Of a stretch of DNA of 64,000 bases, positions 10,250 through 20,299 are shown piece by piece. Source of the DNA: Psilocybe cubensis. Its lineage: Eukaryota. A program made the translations under genes and the position numbers. The stretch is from contig CM039009.1 of the NCBI GenBank assembly GCA_017499595.2, forward strand, positions 806,001 to 870,000, given 5' to 3'. The stretch's first letter is position 1. Every line of letters begins with the position of its first letter. The notes under the pieces were generated by a model. The model did no database searches, was not told where the DNA came from, and saw only the letters and a program-made list of their open reading frames with translations.

Positions 10250-13200
10250 GTAGTACGTCCTCGCCGCTTCTGTACAACAACCCTGTAATTACTCCCAAAT
10301 TGCATGTTGCATTGTCTCCAAAATCCGTACCTCTGCCCGTGTTACCTGTTTACGCGACCCCTCAACCTTCATTATCCAATTCTGTATTGACTCCTGACAA
10401 GCCCTCTTCTTCAACAACATCACCCAACTCCGACTACCCGACACCAACACTCCTGCCCGCGCACCCACAACCTCCAACTATGGCACCCGATTGCATTCCA
10501 TATTCAGACCTCTTTTTATCCTGTCCTGAGGATGATCCACCAGAGCTGCAAGCCCCAGATGCCTCTGATGATTCGGATGAAGATTCGCCAACCAAGCCTG
10601 CTCAACAAACCTCCGCCCACGATGATGCATCTGTCTCTATGACACACGATGCAAGTCCACCACCGGCCCCACGCGACTCTCTACTTTGCAGCCCGCCCGT
10701 CGCTGACCACACAGACTGCCCGCCTTCAATCCCTACACCTGTCCGCACCGTCCTGTGCAACTTGCGCCGATTACGCAGCACGCCTTGGCGAACCGAGAGC
10801 CTGCTCAAATCCTGGGCCCCAAAGGAGCGTTGGGACGACATTGACGATGATCTGATTGCTGCTCTTTGCGATCTCCCCTGGACCGACGCCGCCAAAGTCC
10901 TCCAGCAGCTCAAGAAGCCCCGCGACTACATCTCCCGCATGGGGAGTAAATGCCTTGACATTCCAATGTCGGCTGCACCCCCAGGCTCGACCTCTTTGGT
11001 GTCGCTGAAAGCGCTCTTAGACAGCGGTGCCACTGGTTGTTACGTGCACTCCGATTTTGTCAAACTCAATGGATGGGTGACTGAGCGGCTGCCCCACCCC
11101 GTTAGCGTTTACAATGCAGACGGAACTCGCAATGCCAACGGTGCTATCACAGATGTTGTTTACCTTGTCATCCGCATTGAAAACCATGTTGAGCGACTCC
11201 GCCTTTCAGTCACCAACACGGGATCATCTTCCCTCATCCTCGGGCACTCCTGGCTCTGGTTCCATAATCCGCTTGTTGACTGGCGAGAGGCCAAGCTCTG
11301 CTTTGCACGCTGCCCCACGTCCTGTGGTGCTGACGTGCTGCCGACTTCGCACCCTGATGGCGAAACCGTGAATGTTTGCCGCGAAGGACCCCAGCTCCGT
11401 GAAGACGACATCTTTGATGACAGCCCGGGCCCCTTCACGCCGGTCTCTGCTGCGGAATGGGCTGACGCCTTTGCTGGTGAACTTGCCGATGGTGAATCGA
11501 TGTGCGCGGTTGACCTCAATGAGTTCACGTCCGAACAAGTCCATGGCTCATGCGACCACCGCATTTCTCACTTTTTGCGAACTCAACGTGAAGCAGCTTC
11601 ATATCCCGACCGCTACCTGAAGGAATTTGCACCTGTTTTCTCCAAAGAGGAGTTTGACGAGCTCCCACCCCGTCGCCCATGGGATCATGCTATTAACCTG
11701 AAACCAGATGCAAAGTCGTTCAAAGCAAAGCCGTACCGTCTGTCGCCCGCTGAAACCTCGAAGGTCAAGGAATGGATAGAAGAGGAAAAACGCACTGGCC
11801 GTATACGGGACTCCATCTCTCCCTATGCCGCCCCTTTCTTCTTCATCCAGAAAAAGGATGGCTCACTGCGCCCTGTGCAAGACTACCGACGCCTGAACGA
11901 TATCACGATCAAGAACCGCTATCCATTGCCGCTCATCTCTGACCTCATGGACAAGCTTAAAGGCGCGAAAGTATTCACCAAACTTGACGTCCGCTGGGGT
12001 TTCAATAACATTCGTATCAGGGAAGGCGATGAGCACAAGGCTGCCTTTATCACGGAGTTTGGACTTTTTGAGCCTCTTGTAATGTTCTTTGGATTGACAA
12101 ACTCACCAGCTACCTTCCAGAATATGATGAACGATCTGTTCAAGGATCTCATTGCTGGCGGCCATGTCGTGATATATATGGATGACATCCTCATCTTCAC
12201 TGATGATGTCCAGTCCCATCGACATCTTGTCCGCAATGTCTTGCAGATTCTGGAGGACAACAAGCTTTATCTGCGGCCAGAAAAGTGCTGTTTTGAGCAG
12301 GACCGTGTGGAATACTTGGGCGTCATTGTCGGCCACGGGAAAATGTCCATGGATCCCAAGAAAGTTGACGCTATCACCTCTTGGCCAATCCCGCGCTGTC
12401 GTAAGGACGTCCAACAGTTCCTCGGTTTCGTCAACTTCTACCGTAGGTTTATCAAGAACTTCTCCCGCATTGCCGCTCCCCTGCATGCCCTGGGTGGTTC
12501 GGCGCCTTGGGTATGGGACAATTTGTCAACATCCGCCTTCAACGAGCTCAAATCCGCCTGCGCTTCACACCCGGTGCTACTTCTTCCCCGCGACGGTGCC
12601 CCATTCCGCATAGAGGCAGACAGCTCTGGATACGCAACCGGCGCGGTGCTCAGCCAATTTGTTGACAATTCCTGGCAACCGGTCGCGTTTGCTTCAAAAG
12701 CCCTCAGTCCCGTTGAGCGCAACTACGAGATACATGACCGCGAACTACTGTCAATCATGAGGTCTCTCGATGACTGGCGACGCTACCTCCACGGCTCCGA
12801 TTCTCCTGTTGAGATCCACACCGATCACAAGAACCTTCAGTATTTCATGACCGCTCAGAAATTGAACCGTCGTCAGGCTCGCTGGTCCCTGCAGCTCGCT
12901 GAATTCGATTTCGTACTCGTCCACAAGCCAGGCCCGACCATGATCTGCGCAGACTCGTTGTCCCGCCGCCCCGACTACGATAAAGGTGTTGGCGACAACG
13001 AAAACGTCACCTTACTGCGCCCAGAACACATTCGACGTACTGCTGAATGCTCAATTGGGGATGACCCCGTCCTGGCTGACATTCGAACTCACCAGCACCA
13101 AATCACTGAAATGTGGGAAAAGCACAAGAACCTGCCTGGCTGGTCCCTCCACGACGGCTTGCTTTCATGGCATAACCGAATCTTTGTGCCAAACAAAGGC

Positions 13201-14490
13201 AACTTGCGTCAACGAATACTCGCCGACTGTCATGATCACCAATCCGTAGGCCACCCTGGCCGGATGAAGACCATGGAACTCGTCCTGCGCGACTATTGGT
13301 GGCCGTCACTATCAAAAGACGCGAAGCGTTACGTTGATGGATGCCCCACCTGTCAATCAACTAAGCCTCTGAGGATGGCGCCCGCGGGCCTACTGACCCC
13401 CAACGAAATCCCTTCCTCCAATTGGGAGATCATTTCCTGTGATCTCATCGTGGACTTACCTAAATCTCGCGGCTTCGATTCGATCTTTGTCGTCGTCGAT
13501 AGACTCTCAAAAATGGTTCGTATCATCCCATGCAAAAAGTCAATCACTTCTGAGGGTCTCGCGCGCCTCTTCCGCGACCATGTCTGGAAAGACTTCGGAC
13601 TGCCACGACGCATCATCTCCGACCGTGGTTCAATCTTCCTGTCAAACTTTACTCGGGCCCTCAACGACCTGCTAGGCATTTCACAGAACGCGTCCACCGC
13701 ATTTCGACCTCAAACAGACGGACAAACTGAGCGCGTCAATCAAGAAATCGAACAATACCTACGGATCTTTGTGAATAACAGGCAAAATGATTGGGTGGAA
13801 TGGCTTGCATGCGCCGAATTTGCTATCAACAATAAGATTCACTCGTCCACTGGCTTCTCGCCCTTCTTCCTAAACTATGGCTCCAACCCCCGCCGAACCC
13901 TGCAACCCGCACGCCTCTCGGACGACCGTGTCCCCAAAGCTCTTGAATTCGCCTCTCAAATGGATTCCCTCGCGAAGGAATCCGCTTCAGCGCTAAACCT
14001 CGCCGCTGATGCAATGAAGCGATCCTATGACACCTCTCACCGCGCTCCACCCGTCTTCAATGTTGGCGACATGGTGATGCTCAGCGCCTCCGACATCAAG
14101 TCCTCACGTCCGTCTAAAAAGCTCGATGTTAAGCGTCACGGACCTTTTCCTGTGACGAAACGCGTTGGCATCCAGTCTTACACCCTCGACCTACCGGCCT
14201 CGTGGTCGATCCACCCTACTTTCCATGTCTCTAAACTCTCCCGTTTCATACCAGCAGAATTCGATTCCCAAACTTCACCCGCGACACCAACACCTCCCCC
14301 CGCGTTACCACCCCCAGACATTGCAAGTGTGCTCGGCCACAGGGCCCTGCGCAGTGGAACACAGTTCCTCGTGCTGCTCGATGGCTGCACAGAGGAAGAC
14401 GCTTCGTGGTCAAGCCACTCATCCTTCCCTAACTCTGAAGTACTAAACAATTACATACGCCTCCACAACATCCCGGACGCCCACCTTTAA
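10222..14490 (+). CDS. pol: Pol polyprotein (protease, RT, RNase H, integrase, degenerate chromodomain), -1 frame relative to gag
   Basis: LLDSGATG protease, YMDD RT, EADSSGYATGAVL RNase H, HDHQSVGH...CPTC and D-D-E integrase, GPF motif. Uninterrupted frame. Confidence 0.96.
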   Translation, partial: FGFCFLRRVSSTSSPLLYNNPVITPKLHVALSPKSVPLPVLPVYATPQPSLSNSVLTPDKPSSSTTSPNSDYPTPTLLPAHPQPPTMAPDCIPYSDLFLSCPEDDPPELQAPDASDDSDEDSPTKPAQQTSAHDDASVSMTHDASPPPAPRDSLLCSPPVADHTDCPPSIPTPVRTVLCNLRRLRSTPWRTESLLKSWAPKERWDDIDDDLIAALCDLPWTDAAKVLQQLKKPRDYISRMGSKCLDIPMSAAPPGSTSLVSLKALLDSGATGCYVHSDFVKLNGWVTERLPHPVSVYNADGTRNANGAITDVVYLVIRIENHVERLRLSVTNTGSSSLILGHSWLWFHNPLVDWREAKLCFARCPTSCGADVLPTSHPDGETVNVCREGPQLREDDIFDDSPGPFTPVSAAEWADAFAGELADGESMCAVDLNEFTSEQVHGSCDHRISHFLRTQREAASYPDRYLKEFAPVFSKEEFDELPPRRPWDHAINLKPDAKSFKAKPYRLSPAETSKVKEWIEEEKRTGRIRDSISPYAAPFFFIQKKDGSLRPVQDYRRLNDITIKNRYPLPLISDLMDKLKGAKVFTKLDVRWGFNNIRIREGDEHKAAFITEFGLFEPLVMFFGLTNSPATFQNMMNDLFKDLIAGGHVVIYMDDILIFTDDVQSHRHLVRNVLQILEDNKLYLRPEKCCFEQDRVEYLGVIVGHGKMSMDPKKVDAITSWPIPRCRKDVQQFLGFVNFYRRFIKNFSRIAAPLHALGGSAPWVWDNLSTSAFNELKSACASHPVLLLPRDGAPFRIEADSSGYATGAVLSQFVDNSWQPVAFASKALSPVERNYEIHDRELLSIMRSLDDWRRYLHGSDSPVEIHTDHKNLQYFMTAQKLNRRQARWSLQLAEFDFVLVHKPGPTMICADSLSRRPDYDKGVGDNENVTLLRPEHIRRTAECSIGDDPVLADIRTHQHQITEMWEKHKNLPGWSLHDGLLSWHNRIFVPNKGNLRQRILADCHDHQSVGHPGRMKTMELVLRDYWWPSLSKDAKRYVDGCPTCQSTKPLRMAPAGLLTPNEIPSSNWEIISCDLIVDLPKSRGFDSIFVVVDRLSKMVRIIPCKKSITSEGLARLFRDHVWKDFGLPRRIISDRGSIFLSNFTRALNDLLGISQNASTAFRPQTDGQTERVNQEIEQYLRIFVNNRQNDWVEWLACAEFAINNKIHSSTGFSPFFLNYGSNPRRTLQPARLSDDRVPKALEFASQMDSLAKESASALNLAADAMKRSYDTSHRAPPVFNVGDMVMLSASDIKSSRPSKKLDVKRHGPFPVTKRVGIQSYTLDLPASWSIHPTFHVSKLSRFIPAEFDSQTSPATPTPPPALPPPDIASVLGHRALRSGTQFLVLLDGCTEEDASWSSHSSFPNSEVLNNYIRLHNIPDAHL

Positions 14491-14501
14491 GAGGGGGGTG
14501 A

Positions 14502-14674
14502 TGTTAGAGTTCCCTCTAACGTAGACACACACACGTGCCTGTAGTCACATATCACACAGTATTTGTAGACACACCCGTAGCTACGTAGCCTCAGTTCCTT
14601 CTTTGTTAGCACACCCAACACGTTCTGGTCCTTCGTCTCTCTCTCCCGCCTCGTCTCCGGGTCTCCTCCTAACA
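14502..14674 (+). repeat. 3' LTR
   Basis: Copy of 8249-8421, preceded by polypurine tract and followed by TSD GAGGG. Confidence 0.97.
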
Positions 14675-15600
14675 GAGGGATCAACGTTCAACAATCGAAA
14701 TACATTCAAAACCATAAACTCACTTCAACGGACCAGCCAGGCAATTCACAGCATCTCTACCGCTCAATTCCAAGAACATCACTCAAGACTTTGTTGGGAA
14801 ATCGAAGGTAGGCTGTGTCGGTGCCAAAACATCTGAATACGCGTTTAATAAATTACCTGTTTTAATTTTGATTACATTTTATTTTTGGTAGAATGCAAAC
14901 CCGAGGCCAGCAAATCCACGCGATGCCAACCGCGTGATAGCACTATATGTTAGCTTTGATTTCCCCAGGCCAACTTTTTCAGATAAAGATACGTACACGA
15001 TACTATTCGAGAAGACGGCGGAGAGCAGGGGGTCCCACAAGTGGTTCTTCAGCATGACGCACTCGGCATTGCTCGCAGTTCATGTTTTTTGCAAGACATA
15101 AATCTAGAGTGCAGCACTTTGGCATATAAATGTGGTCTGTGAAAAGGGGCTCATTCCCCCGGACCAGAAAGCTGAATGTCAGTGTTTGTCAATGTCAAGG
15201 ACAAGGCTATACATTGTCATCGCGCAGCCAAAGGACTTGGAGCTGCCAACGACTGATTCACTGTGTAGCATATGTCTGAAGAAGCGTGAGCATGAGTGTT
15301 TGCTGTAATGACGACATGGGTATACGTACTTGCAGCCGCTGGTCTAGATCCAGAACGACCTGGTTATTGAGCGGAGGTAGACTCGGACCAGAGGTACTGG
15401 ATGAGCACTCCAGCTCATTCAAACGCGGAATTCGAAATGCCGGTGCTTGTGGACATTGAAGCGGATTCAGAGCCATCCTAGCAGATAAGGCGAGCGTTCG
15501 CGCGTCAGAGTACATCAAGAGGTACCAGAACTTTGGCTTTACTGTGAGGAACATGCACCTACATTAAGTGTTATGTAAACGTTAACGATTAGATACCGTT

Positions 15601-16640
15601 AGGGGAAAGTGAAAGTCAAAGCGAACGCGAAAGTAAAAGTGGTGCTCGCAGCATTCATCCTTGATAGATAACACAGGAATCAGTTCCAAGTTCAAAGATC
15701 GAGCGCGGGGTGGGGCAGGGCGAGTGATGCGGATGCGCAGAACAAGGGGAAAGAAATAGCTCACAGAAAAACTCTGAACCAACACACCGCAAAGAAAAAC
15801 CCTCCCGCAGCGCTGGAAATAAACGGTATGGAGCGGAGGGCGGATCCCTCCACCACTCCGCGGGCAGGGTTACACTATGAGAACTTACAGGAACAAGTCG
15901 CAGATGCTATGGCGAGCGGTACGGATAGACTGTACACAAGAAAATGCACGGGGACAGAGATTGTTTGAGCAAAACTTACAAGGTGAACTGTTTTTATAGC
16001 GATAGCCTAGTAAACGTGAAGGGGGTGTGTGAAGTGAGAGGGAGACGGAGATGGAGATGGAGATGGAGAGATTGCTTTTCTGGCGATAGAACCGAGCGAA
16101 GGCCGGCGCTAGAGGTAATGGATACGGAGATGATGGACTGTCAACATCTGCATGTCTGATATTTCTGAGAGTTGGGGGATTCTTTTTAGGAAAGAACGCA
16201 CCGTAAGGGCGATAGACGAGAATGCGGTGCCCGACAGGTGCAGAAGATGGATTAGTGGTTTGATTTTATTGAGCTGGAGGCTGATGTGGCCTGTCTGTCC
16301 CCAGAGTTGTTGTTGTTCTTGGTTGTTGGAAAAAAGCCAAAATTAAGCGGACAGAAATAGAAAGGGATAACACCGCGATTCTATTGACAACATCCTGACA
16401 TCGGCAAGAGGAGATTGTCACACACATGAGTGTGAGTATCCCAGGGATTGAATATTGAATATTGAATATTGAATATTGACCATGAATGTTGTGCAGTGTA
16501 TGCTCTCGTACGCCAGCGGCCAGCCGTTTCTGACTCGGCACATTTTCGAGCTCCGCTCGCGTTGCGTCAGAAACTCTAATCTATTGGGGCGGGGTTTGAT
16601 TTCGACAGACGTTGTCACACTAAGTCACGTTGGACTTGGT
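15601..16640 (-). pseudogene. Decayed inverted copy of the promoter and 5' exons of the WSC copper radical oxidase gene (~39082-40730)
   Basis: Reverse complement matches CCAAGTCCGACGTGAC (39082), CCGTACCGCTCGC (exon 1), GCGGGAGGGTTTTTCTTTGC and GATGAATGCT...AGCACCACTT (to ~40730), with internal deletions and indels. Confidence 0.88.
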
Positions 16641-17713
16641 GAAACCAGGGGATTCAGAAGATAATACGATTCCACATTGGATTCGTAGTTGTAGTTAGTA
16701 TTTAGTCAGGTCAGGCTGGCAGTGTATACGTACAAGTTTATGGAATAGTAGAAATGTATAGTATACATTACATGGAAACTTTTTAGCTTTTTTTTTTTTG
16801 CTTTTTTAGATTTTTGAACTCTCTGCCAGTGCAAGTTTCCCACGTGGAGATCATTGACAATGACAATGACAATGACAATGTCACATCAGATCAAGTTATA
16901 TAAACACGTGAAAGTTGAAAGAAAGTTCAAACCCAACGCAATGCCTATACTATTAGTATTACTAGGTTATATCAGATATATAGTATACTCCGATTGAATT
17001 TGAAAGGGGTTTGCTTAATATTCAATATTCAATATTCAACTTTTGGATGTTGGAGGGCTTGGTTGGTGTGAGTGTCCGTGTCCGTGTCCGGGTCCGGGTC
17101 CAGGACGGTGCTGGGTAAATGAAAGTCAAAAAGTAAAACCAATTCAAATTCAATTTCCAAATTCAAATATCCAAAAAGAAAAAAAAAAATTCTAAAAATT
17201 AAAAAAAAAACACATACATAAATCCCAAATTTAAACTGAATTGAATTGAAGCGGCACTCGAAAAGCAACATACCCCGCACCCGCGCGCGCCCCGCGCTCT
17301 CACAAAATTTCCTCCTCCGACTCCGACTGCACCCATCCGCGAGCTGAACTGACGGAGTGGGCCACATCTACGGTAAGCGGTGAGTCAACTTTAAAGTGCT
17401 CATCAGAAACTTTAATGTGTGGGGTGGGTGATGGGTGGTGATGGGGTGTTGGGTGTTGTGTTGGGTGTTGGGTGTTGGATTCGTTCGTTGGTCGTTGGTC
17501 GTCGATGGCGCTGATGCTTGTTTTTTTTTCTTTTGTTTTGGGTTTTCGTCTTGGGGTTCGTTCGGGCGTTGATCGCGATGCGATGCGATGCGATGCGATT
17601 CGATGTGGTTCGATGCGATGCGATTCGATGTGATACGATACGATACGATACGGTACGATGTGAAGCTGACTGACATATAGGCCTCGATATCCGCAGGCCA
17701 CCACGCGTCGTCG

Positions 17714-20195
17714 ATGCAGCACCATCATCATCATCATCATCATCAACAACAACATCAACATCAACAACAACAACAATATCAAGCATCATCCACATCCACC
17801 CCATCCTCCTCATCCTCGACTCCCGCTCCGCTCCCCTCCTCGTCCTCCTCGTCCTCAGCAGCAACCGCCTCCGCATCCGCATCGGCCTCCGCATCGGCCT
17901 CAGCCTCAGCCTCAGCATCGACAGCGACATCAGCATGGACCGAGCCCCCCTGGTCCGGGTGGATCGAGACGACCGGCGACGCCCTCCTCATCCTCGAAGC
18001 AGCGCGCCGCGGCCTGATCCCGCGCGTCACCCGGCGCCTCGTCGACGCCGAGCGCAAGATGATCACGTCCGGGTCAGTCTTTGTCTTCGATGAAGATGAA
18101 AGCGGGATTAAGCGGTGGACGGACGGGTTCTTTTGGAGTCCGAGTAGGATTTTGGGGAATTTTTTGTTGTATCGCGAGACGGATAAGAGGGGCGCGGGGC
18201 ATAGGGCGAGGGGGGAGCAGCATCAGCAGCAGCAGATGGATGTGGATGGGGGTGGGGGTGGGGGGTATGAAGGGGGCAGGGGGGAGGGCCAGTCGTTGAG
18301 TCGGCCCAAGTCGGATGCGGCGGGGATGAGTGTGGATAAGCAAAGGGAGAGGACGTTGATGGGGAGCTTGACGAACAGCTACAAGTTCAAGCCCGATGGG
18401 CTGATGAAAAAGGTTTGTCTGTCTATCGTCTTTGATTGCATTATTCATTATTCATTGATCTTTTGTTATGTTACATTATTGCTACTAGACTTTTTCTGTC
18501 ACCATTGGCGGCGTAGCGCAGCACTTGATTTCATACTACAAAATCGAAGACGTCGAGAGCGGGAGATTGCGCTCGCCATCGTCGCTCCCCGAGCTCGCGT
18601 CGCTGGACATCAGCCAGGAATACCTCGACAAGACGCATTTCCGGAACCCGCCCAAGGTCGAGCGCGGCGTCGATGGGATTTTGAGGTACCGCGGCGAAGC
18701 GGACGATATCGAGAACTCGCCGTCGATGCTTAGCACGCCGCTGTCTGGGATACCGCTGTTAACCGAAGGCAGGGTCGCGGAGAGCGCGGCGTCTGCATCT
18801 GCCTCTGCCTCTTCGTCGGCGGCGGCGGTGAGTAAGAGGACGGGTAGGTATGATCCGTATGGATCGCCGCCTGCTACGAAGCGCGCGCGGAGGAACACGA
18901 AGACGTCGCAGCAGGATGGAAGGGCGACGCCGACGGGGGACGCGGCGTCGCCGCAGGGTACTAGCACGAGCTCGTCGACGCCTCAGCCTATGACGCCCAT
19001 CTCGGCTTCCACGCCGATGTTCCCTGATCCGGGAATGGATATTGCCATGTCGCACACTCCTCCTCCTCCTCAGCCGCCGCTACCCCAGCAGCAGCAGCAA
19101 CAACAGCAGCTTCCAGGAGTAACAGAAATAGTAACGGCACCAGCACCGTACCCGCCGTATGGTATGCCGGGATTTTACCCGATGCCGCCTCCGCCAGGGC
19201 ATATCTATCCCGGTCCACTCCCTCCTCCTCCTCCTTCACAGCAAGTCGCGTATCATCATCCGAGTGCCGGCTCGCCTCAGGGTCCTCCGCCGCAGCCGCA
19301 ATACGCCGCGTATGCAGGGTACATCCCTCAACATGAACAACAGCAGCAACAGCAACAACACCTGCACGGGCTCACGGGGCAGGTTCATGGCAGTAATCCA
19401 TCGCAGTTGAACACCGGGCCGACGCCGGGGGTTGGAGGAGGGGGTGCAGGTGCTGCTCCCGCCCCTCCTCCGACAAACACCCAGCAAATCCAGCAGCAGT
19501 CTCCGGTTTTGACTCCGTCGCCTCATGGTCATGCTCATACGCAGTCCCCTCAGCAGCAGCAGCAGCAACAAGCTACTCCCGCTCAAGCTCAAGCTCAACT
19601 TCCAGGTGCACCCACACCCCTCCCTCCTCCTCCTCATCATCATCATCCTCCACCACAGCCGTATTACCCGTATTACCCTCCCCCACCGCCGCCGCCGCCT
19701 CCGCCTCCGGGGTACCCCCACGCGCATGCGCATGCGGGGTATCAGTGGCCTGTTTATCCGGGGTATCCGCCGCATGCTCCCCCTCCCCCGCCGCAGTTGC
19801 AGCTTCAGCAGCAGCCGATGCACCAGCCAATCCAAATGCACCAGCCAATGCAGATGCAAATGCACCAGCCGATGCACCAGCCGATGCAGGGTGTGCAGAT
19901 GCAAATGCCAATGCAAGGTGTGCAGATGCAGGGCGTGCAGTATCTTCCCCAACAGCAGCAACAGCAGCAATATTATATACCTCAACAACAACAACAGGAT
20001 GCGGGTGGGAGTGCGAGTGCGAGTGGGGCGGACACGAATGCGAGGTCAAGCTCAACTATAAGTATGAATACAAGTGGGGATGGGACAGGGACGGTGGCGG
20101 GGACGGCGGGTGCGAGTGCGAATGCGAATGCGAGTGGGAGTGGGGATGGGAGTGGGACGGCGGGGGCGGGGGCGGGGGCGGGGGCGAGTTCGTAG
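17714..20195 (+). CDS. Gti1/Pac2 family (WOPR; Wor1/Ryp1/Mit1-like) transcription factor with long Q/P/H-rich tail
   Basis: WSGWIETTGDALLILEAARRGLIPRVTRRL, SGSVFVF, SGIKRWTDG..WSPSRILGNFLLYRE, YKFKPDGLMKK|TFSVT..HLISYY. Intron 18413-18488; probable 5'UTR intron 17373-17680. Confidence 0.95.
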
Positions 20196-20299
20196 AAAGG
20201 AGAGAAGAGCGTCTGTTTATGTGCATTGCTTGCTTGCTTGCTTCGAGCTATTACCCCCTTTTCTTTGATTTTGATTTTGTGATTTTGTGATTTTTTACG

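Larger units (their letters stand above)
8249..14674 (+). mobile_element. Full-length Ty3/Gypsy LTR retrotransposon (chromovirus-type)
   Basis: 173-bp LTRs TGTTAG...CTAACA, 5-bp TSD GAGGG (8244-8248, 14675-14679), PPT AAGAGGGGGG before the 3' LTR, gag and pol with PR-RT-RH-IN order. Confidence 0.98.
1..15598. repeat. Left arm of large inverted segmental duplication (reverse complement of ~25782-38235); probably extends left of the window
   Basis: Mirror-image ORF pairs (850..1323/36325..36798, 3040..3378/34272..34610, 5960..6154/31426..31620, 15258..15554/25826..26197). Similarity ends at ...GATTAGATACCG (15598) vs CGGTATCTAATC (25782). Confidence 0.96.

Noticed and set aside
9034-14684. Minus-strand ORFs within the retrotransposon
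   Set aside because: Short shadows of gag/pol with no motifs.
340-15598. RIP-type mutation of the duplicated arms
   Set aside because: ORFs and LTRs are intact and differences are not visibly dominated by one-directional C-to-T changes; not formally counted.
17300-20290. Antisense and alternative-frame ORFs over the WOPR gene
   Set aside because: Shadows of a GC-rich, repetitive coding sequence.
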